DNA of 57,340 nt, taken from positions 1 to 57,340 of IMG/VR virus record IMGVR_UViG_3300012001_000138. One strand, 5' to 3'. The notes below the pieces were generated by a model. The model saw nothing but the letters and a program-made list of their open reading frames with translations. It had not been told where the DNA came from and ran no database searches. The DNA is from a virus. Taxonomy: Duplodnaviria > Caudoviricetes. This document shows, in pieces, positions 47,503 to 56,979 of the stretch. The first letter of the stretch is position 1. Each line of letters begins with the position of its first letter. The position numbers and the translations under genes were made by a program.

Positions 47503-48447
47503 ATGGCCGTCAGCGCCGCCCCCTTTGCCCTCAAAAACCTTGCCGCCGGGCTCGATGCCGAACAGCTCCGCCAAGCCGTCGCCTCGCTCGTGCCGAACGC
47601 TGGCGGGCTCGTCCAGTCCGGGGACCTCGCCGTCACCCAGACCACTGTCGCGTCCCTTGGTGTGCTCGTCGGTGTCGGGCGGGCGTGGATGCCCGGCACC
47701 GTCACGGCCAACGTCTCGGGCCAGTCCTACTCCACGCAGGGCCAGTACTTCGCGCTCAACGACGCCCCGGTCACCGTCACCCTTGACCCCGCGAACGCCA
47801 CGAACCCCCGCATCGACCTCATCTACATCGGCGCCGTAGACACCCAATACGGCGGGGCCTCCGACAAAATCTGGATCAGCAAAGTCACCGGCGCCCCAGC
47901 AGCGACCCCCGTCGTCCCGACCCTGCCCGCGAACTCCATCGCCCTCGGACAAGTCGCCGTCGCCGCCAACGCCACCAACGTCACCAACGCCAACATCACC
48001 GCCATCGCGTCCATCCCAACGACAGCCCCCGCCCGGGGAGTGATGGCCAAGAAGCGGGTCGCCGGGGGTGGCTCTTACGCGGGAAGCGGTATTGGTGTCG
48101 TTGATAACCTCGCCTCCATCACCTTCGTTGGTGGCAGGCACTATGAAATCACGTGGCAGCTGACCAGTTACAACGGCACCGTGAACGGAACCTACGCAGC
48201 ATTTGACATCAATACATGCTCTACCGCAGACGCCCCGGCTGTTACTACGGGTCTCACCCAACTGGACTCCGCGACTTTTTCGGCCCCAACTTCGGGCTAT
48301 GGGCAGGCGGCAACCTTCTCTGCGTATTACGACCCCACAGTTACAACCACCGTGCAAATAAAGTTCACCATGCGGACGGTAGTAGGCACCCAAATGAATC
48401 TCCCGGGATACACATGGACCATCAAGGACCTCGGCGCCCAGTACTAG
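47503..48447 (+). CDS. Tail fibre / receptor-binding protein
   Basis: NPRIDLI, PTLPANSIALGQVAV..A..VTNANI conserved N-terminus; variable C-terminus ending IKDLG. Confidence 0.7.
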   Translation: MAVSAAPFALKNLAAGLDAEQLRQAVASLVPNAGGLVQSGDLAVTQTTVASLGVLVGVGRAWMPGTVTANVSGQSYSTQGQYFALNDAPVTVTLDPANATNPRIDLIYIGAVDTQYGGASDKIWISKVTGAPAATPVVPTLPANSIALGQVAVAANATNVTNANITAIASIPTTAPARGVMAKKRVAGGGSYAGSGIGVVDNLASITFVGGRHYEITWQLTSYNGTVNGTYAAFDINTCSTADAPAVTTGLTQLDSATFSAPTSGYGQAATFSAYYDPTVTTTVQIKFTMRTVVGTQMNLPGYTWTIKDLGAQY

Positions 48448-48490
48448 CCGTCCCACCCCCACCCGCACCACCGTTTGGAGTCGCCACGTC

Positions 48491-48889
48491 ATGCCCCCTT
48501 GGATCACCACCTTCCTCGCCGTCGCGGCCGGGGTCGCCACCCTCGCCGGGATGGTCGTCGCCGTCCGGCAGGCCACGCCCGTTGTCCGCAACATTATCGG
48601 CGTCTTCAACGACCTCGCCGGGGAAGCGGCCCGACCCGGGGTCCCGGCCCGGCCCGGGATCGTCGAGTCGCTCGCCAGTATCAAAGCCACCCAGCAAGCC
48701 CACGGGGTCGAGATGGCCGAGATACGGGTCGAGCAGCAGCGGCAGGGCGTCGAGTTGGAGGGCGTCAAGCACGAGCTGCACCCCAATTCGGGCGGGTCGC
48801 TCCGGGACGCGGTGGACCGGCTGGAGAAGGCCGGGGCCCTCCGTAAGGGGTTCGCCCGGTTCTTCCACGCCCCGCGGGCCGCCCAGTGA
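48491..48889 (+). CDS. Membrane protein of the lysis region
   Basis: N-terminal TM; ARPGI; ELHPNSGGSLRDAVDRLE. Confidence 0.65.
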   Translation: MPPWITTFLAVAAGVATLAGMVVAVRQATPVVRNIIGVFNDLAGEAARPGVPARPGIVESLASIKATQQAHGVEMAEIRVEQQRQGVELEGVKHELHPNSGGSLRDAVDRLEKAGALRKGFARFFHAPRAAQ

Positions 48890-49188
48890 ACCGGCTCAGT
48901 ACCGTCCTTGACGCGGCCGCGGTAAGGATCACGTCAGCGGTCGGGACGATGTACTGCGCGGTCGTGTTCGCGGGGATCGCCGTCCTTGCCACCCCGGGCC
49001 TGTTCCCACAGTCCCTCACGAGTGTGGCCCAGTGGGTCGCGCAAGCGTTCCTGCAGCTCGTCCTCCTCTCCGTCATCATGGTCGGCCAGCGCCTCGACGG
49101 GGCCCGCACGGAGGCCCTCATCCGGGAAACCCACGACACGGTCATCGAGGAGCTCGCGGCCATCCGGGCCCTCACCCCCCACCCCTGA
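48886..49188 (+). CDS. Two-TM membrane protein
   Basis: VGTMYCAVVF...WVAQAFLQLVLLSVIMVGQ. Confidence 0.65.
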   Translation: MNRLSTVLDAAAVRITSAVGTMYCAVVFAGIAVLATPGLFPQSLTSVAQWVAQAFLQLVLLSVIMVGQRLDGARTEALIRETHDTVIEELAAIRALTPHP

Positions 49189-49264
49189 CCACCCAGCCAC
49201 CACACCACCCCTCAAGGCCCCTCCCCCGGGGTCTTTTTTATGCCCAAAAATAAGGAGCGCCACC

Positions 49265-50323
49265 ATGGCACTGACCGGCATTGACATCTCCAGCTATCAG
49301 GCAGGCATTGACCTCGCCACCGTCCCGGCCGATTTCGTCCTCATCAAGGCGACCGGCGGGAACGGGTACGTCAACCCCGCCTGCGACACCGAGTATCAGG
49401 CCGCACGGGCCGCGGGCAAGCTCGTGGGCGTTTACCACTACGCGCACGAGGCAGGCTTCCAGTCCGATGCGGTGAGTGAGGCCAACTTCTTCCTCGCCAG
49501 CATTGCGGGCTACCTGACCGGCGACACGGTCCTCGTCCTCGACTTCGAGGGTGACAACGACCGCGACGTCGCGTGGGCCCGCCTCTGGCTGGACACCGTC
49601 TACGCCGCGACCGGGGTCCGGCCCGTGATTTACCTGAACACCTCCGAGCTGGCCGCCTCCGACTGGTCCCCGGTCTACGGCGCGAATTACGGACTCTGGG
49701 TCGCCCAGTACGCAGTAACCAGCCCCACCGAGGGCTATAACGACTACGCGGGGACCCCGGCCGTGAACGACACCCCACCGGCCGTGAATTGGGGTGGCGT
49801 GGCGCCGCTGATGTGGCAGTACGCGGATAACGCCCGGCTGCCCGGCTACGGTGGCGGGCTGGACGCTAACGTCCTCTACGGGGACGCGGACACGTGGCAC
49901 GCCTACGCGCGGCCCGACGGCGCGGTCGTGGAGGCCCACCCGGCGCCACTGGCCACCCCAACCCCCGCGCCCGCTCCTGCCCCCGCTCCTGCCCCCGTGG
50001 CGGGCCCGGGACAGTGCACCGTCGAAGCCGGTGACACGTTCGGGTCCATCGCCTCCCAGTACGGCATCTCCCTCGCCGCGCTCGAAGCCGTCAACCCCGA
50101 ATGGCCCGACTACAACGTCATCCACCCCGGGGACGTCCTGAACCTCCCCGGCGGCATCGGTGGCACGGGACCGACCGTGCCCGTGAGCCAGTGCATCGTC
50201 TCCCCCGGCGACACCCTCACGTCCATCGCCGCCCAGTTCGGGACCACCGTGGACCACCTTGTGGCCGTCAACGGCCTCACCGACCCGGACCACATCGAAG
50301 CCGGACAGACCCTCAACCTCTAG
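49265..50323 (+). CDS. Endolysin: GH25 muramidase plus two LysM domains
   Basis: GIDISSYQ, IKATGG, GVYHY, VLDFE, LWVAQY; VEAGDTFGSIA and VSPGDTLTSIAAQFGTTV. Confidence 0.92.
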   Translation: MALTGIDISSYQAGIDLATVPADFVLIKATGGNGYVNPACDTEYQAARAAGKLVGVYHYAHEAGFQSDAVSEANFFLASIAGYLTGDTVLVLDFEGDNDRDVAWARLWLDTVYAATGVRPVIYLNTSELAASDWSPVYGANYGLWVAQYAVTSPTEGYNDYAGTPAVNDTPPAVNWGGVAPLMWQYADNARLPGYGGGLDANVLYGDADTWHAYARPDGAVVEAHPAPLATPTPAPAPAPAPAPVAGPGQCTVEAGDTFGSIASQYGISLAALEAVNPEWPDYNVIHPGDVLNLPGGIGGTGPTVPVSQCIVSPGDTLTSIAAQFGTTVDHLVAVNGLTDPDHIEAGQTLNL

Positions 50324-50382
50324 ACCCCCACCGGCGGGCCCCACCCGGGGCCCGCCACCCGATCCCCCGGAAAGGCACCACC

Positions 50383-50826
50383 ATGCTCATCACCATCCTC
50401 GGCGTCACCCTCGACGGGTGGGCTGCGCTGAACCTCGGCATCCAGTTCATCCTCCCCCTCCTCGTCGGCCTTGTCACCACCAAGCTGACCGGCCAGAAAC
50501 AGCAGGCCCTCCTCCTGCTCACCCTCACCCTCGTCGCCACCATCGCCGCGCAGGCACTCGAAGCCCACGACGCGGGCCTGCCCCTGAACCTGTCCCAGAT
50601 CATCGCCGTGGCCATCGTGAACTACGCAGTGTCCCTCCTGACGCACTACGGCATCTGGAAGCCGACCGGCCTGTCCTCCCTACTCCTCGCCGTCGTCACC
50701 AAGTCCTCCCCCGCAGCCATTCCCCCGGCCCCGGACCCCTCCGCACCCGTCACCCCCGCGGCCCCCGTCCCGGCACTCTACGTCGTCAACAACACGGCGC
50801 CACCCGCCTCACGCATGGCCGGATAA
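50383..50826 (+). CDS. Holin
   Basis: Three TM segments; ILPLLVGLVT, HYGIWKPTG; follows the lysin. Confidence 0.8.
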   Translation: MLITILGVTLDGWAALNLGIQFILPLLVGLVTTKLTGQKQQALLLLTLTLVATIAAQALEAHDAGLPLNLSQIIAVAIVNYAVSLLTHYGIWKPTGLSSLLLAVVTKSSPAAIPPAPDPSAPVTPAAPVPALYVVNNTAPPASRMAG

Positions 50827-50888
50827 CCGGCCCAAGCCATTCGCGGCCTCCCCATCGTGGAAGGCCTTTCAAATCTTAGGAGCGACGC

Positions 50889-51458
50889 ATGACCTACCCG
50901 GCCGGGGTACAGCTTTCAACGCTGACCTTCAGCAACCCGACAACTTTCCTCGGCAACCCTGCCGCCCGCACGACGGTCACGCTCCAGTCAACGGCGGCCG
51001 TCGTGTGGGCTGCGACCGGCGACCCGATTGACGACTTCGCCGAAACCGTGGACCCCGGTCCCGGCATGCACGGTTCTTTGACGGCCCCGTTCGTTAACCA
51101 GACCGGCTTCACGGACCAAGCGGGGAATAGCTTCACCGGGTGGGCGTATATCGTGACCCGGACGGCATGGCTCGGGAACGTGTTCAAAACGGTTCAGAAG
51201 AACTGGCAACCCGTGATCGGTCAGAACACGGTTGACTTCGACACTCTGCCGGGCGGAGCAATCGGGCTGCCGGTGTCCACCCCGCCACTCGTGGTGACCT
51301 CGGTGGTCGGGCAGACCGGCGCGGTCACCGGCGCGCAGATAGCCGCAGACCCGGCTCTTAATGCCACCTATGCCCCCGTTGCGGGCAGCATCAACTACGC
51401 GTCACCCGCACAAGCGGCCAACCTTTCCGCCGCACTTTCAATGATTTTAGGAGTCTGA
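50889..51458 (+). CDS. Putative virion accessory / tail-associated protein
   Basis: AGGAG RBS; VTSVVGQTGAV motif typical of fibre proteins. Confidence 0.55.
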   Translation: MTYPAGVQLSTLTFSNPTTFLGNPAARTTVTLQSTAAVVWAATGDPIDDFAETVDPGPGMHGSLTAPFVNQTGFTDQAGNSFTGWAYIVTRTAWLGNVFKTVQKNWQPVIGQNTVDFDTLPGGAIGLPVSTPPLVVTSVVGQTGAVTGAQIAADPALNATYAPVAGSINYASPAQAANLSAALSMILGV

Positions 51459-51459
51459 C

Positions 51460-52170
51460 ATGGCCGGTAATGATGTTCTGCACGCTGCTTCAGTCAGCCC
51501 GCAGGCGCTTGTCTCGCAGCAGCTCGGTACCACGGACGCGGCACTTTACACGGTGCCCGCCGCGCAGTCCGTGAAGGTCGCTCACGGGGTGCTGTGCAAC
51601 GTGACCGGGACGATCCCCGCCCCTGCCGCGAATGGTGCCCTCACGGCTACGGCGGCGGGTACGCTCGCAGCGGCGACCTATTATGTCCGTTCGACGTGGA
51701 CGAACGCGGCCGGTGAGACACTCGCATCTCCTGAGACGAGCCTCGCCGTCGCGGTGAACAATGTTCTGAACGTCGCGGCCCCGTCATCCCCGCCTGCTGC
51801 CGCGACCGGGTGGAACGTGTACGTTTCCACGGCGACGGGAACTGAGACGCGGCAGAACGGTACAACCCCCGTAGCGCTCGGGACGGCGTGGGTTGAACCG
51901 ACCACGGGCCTTGTCGCCGGCACGGCGCTGCCCACCTCCCAGACCACGGCCACGGCTGTGAACGTTTTTCTGTCGGTCATCAAATCGGGCGGCTCGGTCG
52001 GGGACAACACGCACAGGGTCATCAACAACTTCTCACTGGTCGCCAATGACTCGCAGTCTCTCAGCAGCTACGTGGCTGGTGCCATGCTCGGCCCCGGTGA
52101 CATCCTCGCCGGATACGCCCAATACGCGGGCTCCGTAGACGTTGTTGTGACGGGGACGGTGCAAGCATGA
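51460..52170 (+). CDS. Putative virion accessory protein with FN3/Ig-like insert
   Basis: LYTVPAA; TYYVRSTWTNAAGET, ATGWNVYVSTATGTET. Confidence 0.55.
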   Translation: MAGNDVLHAASVSPQALVSQQLGTTDAALYTVPAAQSVKVAHGVLCNVTGTIPAPAANGALTATAAGTLAAATYYVRSTWTNAAGETLASPETSLAVAVNNVLNVAAPSSPPAAATGWNVYVSTATGTETRQNGTTPVALGTAWVEPTTGLVAGTALPTSQTTATAVNVFLSVIKSGGSVGDNTHRVINNFSLVANDSQSLSSYVAGAMLGPGDILAGYAQYAGSVDVVVTGTVQA

Positions 52171-53414
52171 GCCGGTCGCTGAGTCGGTCCGGCTCGCTCC
52201 AAGTACCGGCAGAGAATGCCACTTATGACACCAAGGGTGAGGGCGGCATATCGTTACTCGCTGCATTGCCGAAACTCATGGCAGCCATCCGCACCTACAA
52301 CGACAACACGAAACCCACACTTCGCGTAATTGGGAATGGATCATCAGTGGGGGTTGGCGCAACCCTCCCGGACCCGCTCACACAGGCACCCGTTGCGCGA
52401 CTTTTCTCGCAACTTTCCCCTGTCATCAACCGGCTTGGTAACCTGACCCTGACCAACACCAATGGGTCCGTCAACGGCTCCACAATCCAACAGGGCGCAG
52501 ACACCGACTACGCCACGGCGAAGACCACAGCGGGAGGTACGCCCTCCCTCGTCGTGCTGGCCTACGGGATGAACGACGGGCAGTCGGCCCAGTACCACAC
52601 AGGCCAGACCTACCCGGCCGTCTACACCGCGGGACGGAAACTCCTCGCACAGGCGAACCAGGACGGCGCGGATGCCATCATCATGACGAGCCCACACCCG
52701 CATAGCACCCGGAATCCATGGGGCCTTGCCGGCTTGTCCCCGACGTACCCGACCACCGGCGCTGCTATCCCGCTGGACACACTCGCCGGTTCTGTCGTGA
52801 CGGTAAAGTCTCCATCGGGAGCGAACGTTTCAGCCTCCTACCGGCACCTGCGCGTCAACGAGGCACTGCGTCAACTCGCCGCCGACACCGGATCAGTGCT
52901 GCTGGACGTCGAAAAATACTGGTTCGACGCACTCGCCGCCTACGGTGAAGACGCGCTGTTCAATACTGCCGAATACGCCCACCCCAACCTCTTGGGGCAC
53001 CAGCAGTCGTACTGGAAGGCCATTGACGCGCTCGTGCGCGGGTTCCAGCGCCCGCCTATTCAAGCGGCCGGTGTCGCCGCTCAACGCTCCGTGATTGACA
53101 GTGTGACTATCGGCGCAAACCAGATCCTCATCGCCAGCGGCGGCTCCGTCGTCATTGCCATCCCGGCCAACACTGTTGGGGAGCTGACTGTCTGGGGTTC
53201 TTCGGGCGGCGCTTGGCACTCGGTTTACATTGGGTCCGTGATTGCCAACGCTACTGCGGTCGCTGTGGCCCAATCATCGACAGGGTTCGTGGCTCCGGGC
53301 AACGTTATTTCAGGTGTGGCTGGCTCCGGTACAACCCTCAATGTCACCGTATCCACTGCGGCGACAGGCTCCGCCGGGGAAGTCGCCTGGTCCTACACCT
53401 ACTTCACGCCGTAG
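52167..53414 (+). CDS. SGNH/GDSL hydrolase domain protein
   Basis: VIGNGSSVGVG (block I), AYGMND (block III), HPNLLGH (block V). Confidence 0.75.
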   Translation: MSRSLSRSGSLQVPAENATYDTKGEGGISLLAALPKLMAAIRTYNDNTKPTLRVIGNGSSVGVGATLPDPLTQAPVARLFSQLSPVINRLGNLTLTNTNGSVNGSTIQQGADTDYATAKTTAGGTPSLVVLAYGMNDGQSAQYHTGQTYPAVYTAGRKLLAQANQDGADAIIMTSPHPHSTRNPWGLAGLSPTYPTTGAAIPLDTLAGSVVTVKSPSGANVSASYRHLRVNEALRQLAADTGSVLLDVEKYWFDALAAYGEDALFNTAEYAHPNLLGHQQSYWKAIDALVRGFQRPPIQAAGVAAQRSVIDSVTIGANQILIASGGSVVIAIPANTVGELTVWGSSGGAWHSVYIGSVIANATAVAVAQSSTGFVAPGNVISGVAGSGTTLNVTVSTAATGSAGEVAWSYTYFTP

Positions 53415-53961
53415 GACCGTTGAGGCCGCCTACTGCTTCCAAGTCACCGGCCGCAACCATGCGCACGATGAATTCTGAGCCCGCGTCAGTCGGCAGAAGG
53501 TCAATGACACCCGGGACGCCGTTTATGTAGCCGTTTGATTCCGGTATCCGCGTTGTAAACAGCTTGTCCTCAAAAAGATTTGTGAACAGGATGGTCATCC
53601 CGGGATGGATCACATACGCATAATCGCCCGGCCTCAGACCTTCGAAGGCGAGCCTCGCATAGTGCCTGATCACTTGATTCTCGACCTGCGTGTACCTGTG
53701 GGACAACAGACTGAGGTTCCGCTTGAACTGGATGATGGACAGCTTCGGGATGTCCTTCACAAGGTCATACCTGACGTGGCAAGTGGAGCACAGGACGATC
53801 ATGTTCTCGAACGCGTGTACTTTCACCTTCGCCCAGGGCTCAATGTGAGCCATCTGCAGACCGACAGTCTGTCGGCAGGTGGGGATAGCGCATCTGTATC
53901 CGGACTCTTCCTTGAGGCGGCGCTCCAGAGGTAAGGGCACGGCAGGGCGATTTTCAGACAT
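53404..53961 (-). CDS. HNH endonuclease with C-terminal extension
   Basis: ESGYRCAIPTC, AHIEPW, FENMIVLCSTCH. Confidence 0.85.
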   Translation of the reverse strand: MSENRPAVPLPLERRLKEESGYRCAIPTCRQTVGLQMAHIEPWAKVKVHAFENMIVLCSTCHVRYDLVKDIPKLSIIQFKRNLSLLSHRYTQVENQVIRHYARLAFEGLRPGDYAYVIHPGMTILFTNLFEDKLFTTRIPESNGYINGVPGVIDLLPTDAGSEFIVRMVAAGDLEAVGGLNGPTA

Positions 53962-54007
53962 GGCACCAATCCTAGAGCCCGCAAGACCGGTTAAGTGCCC
54001 AACGTTT

Positions 54008-54042
54008 AGAGCCCCGTCCCCGTTTTGGGGGCGGGGCTCTTT
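54008..54042 (+). terminator. Intrinsic terminator-like hairpin
   Basis: AGAGCCCCGTCCCC-GTTTTG-GGGGCGGGGCTCT then TT. Confidence 0.6.
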
Positions 54043-54140
54043 CGGCGTATGGTGGGGGCAACCCCCCAAAATGACGGCGACCCGCCCAGAGCTGTAACTC
54101 TGAACGGGCCTATTGCCGCCAACCATCCCCGCTAAGGAAC

Positions 54141-55073
54141 ATGGAAGACGACATGCAACACGCTACCCTTATTGGCCTGCCCTCCGCACGCATCACAACC
54201 ACGGCGGAACTCGCCGCCGCCGGTTACCTTGCCCGCTATAACGGGGGCACCCGCGAAACCTACAAGGTGTCCCTCAAGCTGCTGTTTCAGTGGTGCGGCA
54301 ACCTTGGCGTTGAAGTACTGGACGGTATGCGTCGGCCGGTACTGGAGCTTTTCGCCCGCTACCTTGAAGACGAGCGCCATAACGCCCCCGTCACGGTCGC
54401 CCACCACCTCTCCATCATCCGCGGATATTACTCGTTCGCCGAGATTGACGGGTATATCGAGAAGTCCCCGGCCACCCACATCCGGATGCCCCGCGTATAT
54501 AGGGACGAGTCGAGCACGCTGGGCCTTGACCGGATGGAGCTGGGGTCCCTGATCCAGACGGCACGGGCCTCGCACGTCATGGACGCGGCTTTGGTGACGT
54601 TGATGGGGATGCTGGGGCTCCGCGTGTCGGAGGCCTGCGCGGTGAAGGTGGAGGACTACCAGACCATCGAGCGCGGCCACCGTGTCCTTCGCCTTGTCGG
54701 GAAGGGCGGGAAGCCTGCCACGATGCCCCTACCGGTCCCGGTGATCCGGGCGCTGGACGCCGCTGCAGGTGACCGCGTGTCGGGCCCGCTGCTGCTTCGG
54801 AGGAAGTCGGGGCTGCCCATGAACCGGAAGTCCGCGGCGTTGGCCATCGCGCGCCTCTGTAAGGCCTCGGGAATTACGAAACGTATCAGCCCTCACTCGC
54901 TTCGCCACTCGTACGTTACAGCGGCGCTGGACGCCGGTGTGCCCCTGCGTGACGTGCAGGTCGCGGCCCGGCACTCGGACCCGCGGATTACCGCCCGGTA
55001 CGACAGGGCCCGCCATAACCACGATAGGCACGCAAACCACACGGTGGCAGCGTTCCTCGCCGGAGCCGCCTAA
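54141..55073 (+). CDS. XerC/D-like tyrosine recombinase (no arm-binding domain)
   Basis: GLRVSEA, GKGGK, SPHSLRHS, ARHSDPRITARY. Confidence 0.9.
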   Translation: MEDDMQHATLIGLPSARITTTAELAAAGYLARYNGGTRETYKVSLKLLFQWCGNLGVEVLDGMRRPVLELFARYLEDERHNAPVTVAHHLSIIRGYYSFAEIDGYIEKSPATHIRMPRVYRDESSTLGLDRMELGSLIQTARASHVMDAALVTLMGMLGLRVSEACAVKVEDYQTIERGHRVLRLVGKGGKPATMPLPVPVIRALDAAAGDRVSGPLLLRRKSGLPMNRKSAALAIARLCKASGITKRISPHSLRHSYVTAALDAGVPLRDVQVAARHSDPRITARYDRARHNHDRHANHTVAAFLAGAA

Positions 55074-55087
55074 CACCTAACACAACT

Positions 55088-55124
55088 GGAGCCCCACCCT
55101 CGATCTGAGGGTGGGGCTCCTTTT
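55088..55124 (+). terminator. Intrinsic terminator
   Basis: GGAGCCCCACCCTC-GATCT-GAGGGTGGGGCTCC-TTTT. Confidence 0.8.
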
Positions 55125-55141
55125 GTCGTTGGCGGGCAGTG

Positions 55142-55365
55142 GTTGAAATGTTGAAAATACGAGTTGAAAAGCTCAACGACAGTCCACCTCCGGTTAGCGG
55201 TCGGACGCCCTCCAGTCCGCTAGGATACAGGCATACCAAGGAAAGGAGGAGGGCTACTTCTACACCTTTCTAACGGGTCCGATTCCCGTCAGCCGCTCCC
55301 ATTTAGCCCTACTCCCGTAAGGGAAGTTTTGGGCCGTGTTGAAATGAGCGGCAAAAGTGTTGAAA
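55142..55365. mobile_element. attP: core resembling the 3' end of tRNA-Gly, flanked by GTTGAAA arm-type repeats
   Basis: ACGGGTCCGATTCCCGTCAGCCGCTCC at 55273-55299; GTTGAAA at 55142, 55150, 55163, 55338 and 55359; adjacent to the integrase. Confidence 0.75.
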
Positions 55366-55385
55366 GCTGTAGCCCACTAGGCGTC

Positions 55386-56534
55386 ATGGCAAGTATTAGA
55401 CAGCACCAACGCAAGGACGGCTCGACGAGCTTCTACGTCCTCTGGCGGGACCGGGGGACCCAGACGTCCCGGGGCTTTGACGATGAGTCGGAGGCGAAGC
55501 GGTTCAAGGCGTTCCTTGACGCGAACGGCCAGTCGCTCACGCTGGCGACAAAGGCTGCCCGGGCCGCGAAGGGTGAGGGTCCCACGGTGGGTGAGTTCGT
55601 GGCCGAGCATATTGCGGGCTTGACGGGGGTGACGGAGCGGACCCCGGATGACTACCGGCGGGAGTTGCGGCTCCACATCGTCCCGACGTTGGGGAGCATC
55701 AAGGTCAAGCAGCTCACTCGGCGCCGGGTCCGGGAGTGGATCAACCTGCTGGAGAAGCAGGGGGCGTCGCCGAAGTCGATTAGCAACCGGCACGGGCTGT
55801 TGTCCTCGGCGATGGCCACCGCGGTCGAGGACGGCATTCGGGCGGACAATCCCTGCCGGGGCATTCGGCTGCCGGGCAAGGACCGGCGCGGGGACAAGGA
55901 GAAGTTCTTGGAGGTCCCGCAGTACCATCTTTTGCTGCGGCAGTTCGATGACCAGTGGAAGCCGCTGATCGAGTTGCTGGCCGGGACCGGCGCGCGGTGG
56001 GGTGAGGTCACTGCGCTCCTCGTGGGCGACGTGATGCTGGACGAGAAGGTCCCCTACGTCGCGATTGATAAGGCGTGGAAGCGGCTGCCGGGGAACCGGT
56101 GGGAGGTGGGCCCGCCGAAGTCGGACAAGTCCGTCCGGGACGTGTCCATCAGTGCGGGGCTGGCGAAGGTGCTCAGGCCGCTGGTGGACGGGCGTGAGCT
56201 GGAGGATCGGCTGATCCTCAACACCACGGGCACGGGGCACCTGTTGTACTCCAATTTCCAGTCCCGGCCGTGGCGGACGGCAGTGAAGGCGGCAATGACC
56301 AAGACGAAAGCGAACCCCCGGCCGCTCCGGTATAAGCCCACGATTCATCACCTCCGGCACTCGCACGCGAGTTGGCTGCTGAATGACGGGGTGGACATTT
56401 ACACGGTGTCCCGCAGATTGGGGCACGAGTCGATCACGACCACGACGGGGATTTACGGGCACCTGTCCCACCGGTCGGAGAAGGCCGCGGCGGAGTCCCT
56501 GATGCGGGCGCTCCACAACGAGGACGAGGACTAG
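55386..56534 (+). CDS. int: Phage tyrosine integrase
   Basis: N-terminal arm domain MASIRQ..KDG..FYVLWR; TGARWGE, HHLRHSHASWLL, RRLGHESITTTTGIY. Confidence 0.95.
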   Translation: MASIRQHQRKDGSTSFYVLWRDRGTQTSRGFDDESEAKRFKAFLDANGQSLTLATKAARAAKGEGPTVGEFVAEHIAGLTGVTERTPDDYRRELRLHIVPTLGSIKVKQLTRRRVREWINLLEKQGASPKSISNRHGLLSSAMATAVEDGIRADNPCRGIRLPGKDRRGDKEKFLEVPQYHLLLRQFDDQWKPLIELLAGTGARWGEVTALLVGDVMLDEKVPYVAIDKAWKRLPGNRWEVGPPKSDKSVRDVSISAGLAKVLRPLVDGRELEDRLILNTTGTGHLLYSNFQSRPWRTAVKAAMTKTKANPRPLRYKPTIHHLRHSHASWLLNDGVDIYTVSRRLGHESITTTTGIYGHLSHRSEKAAAESLMRALHNEDED

Positions 56535-56743
56535 GCGCTGGCCTTCCTGTTGTAGGGGTTCGCTGCGGCTGGGTTCGAGGCGAGCCAGTCCTCGATTTTC
56601 TTGCCGGACCATGCCGGAGACTGACCGATGGTGAAGGTCGGGGCGGGGAGGTGCCCGCGGAGCTTCCACTGCCGGAGGGTGTTGTATTCGATGCCGGTGC
56701 GTTCGGCGAGGTCTTTGAGGGTGTAGATGGGGTCCGTGGCCAT
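56531..56743 (-). CDS. Small AlpA/MerR-like HTH protein (paralogue of 25168-25419)
   Basis: TLKDLAERTGIEYNTLRQW...LPAPTFTIGQSPAWSGKKIEDW. Confidence 0.7.
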   Translation of the reverse strand: MATDPIYTLKDLAERTGIEYNTLRQWKLRGHLPAPTFTIGQSPAWSGKKIEDWLASNPAAANPYNRKASA

Positions 56744-56751
56744 TACCGGTC

Positions 56752-56979
56752 CTACTTGTTTTCGAGGGCGGCGAGGACGCGGCGGCCGAACCCTGCTCCG
56801 GCGAGGATGAGCCCGGCGACGAGGATGACGATGGCGAGCGGGCTGGCGATGTGGGCTGCCGCTGCGAAGAACGCGGTGAGGAGGAGCCCGATGGCGGCGA
56901 TAATGATTCCGGCTTTGATGAGGCCTGTCCCGGGGCGCGTCTTGGTGGGGGCGGGGCTGGTGGTGTCGGTAGCGTTCAT
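56752..56979 (-). CDS. Two-TM membrane protein
   Basis: AAGGGAG RBS; two hydrophobic helices. Confidence 0.65.
   Translation of the reverse strand: MNATDTTSPAPTKTRPGTGLIKAGIIIAAIGLLLTAFFAAAAHIASPLAIVILVAGLILAGAGFGRRVLAALENK

Noticed and set aside
47503-53414. Diversity-generating retroelement or tail-fibre shufflon
   Set aside because: No reverse transcriptase, TR/VR pair or inverted cassettes seen by eye.
55273-55299. Complete tRNA-Gly gene
   Set aside because: Only the 3' portion is present; interpreted as the attP core.
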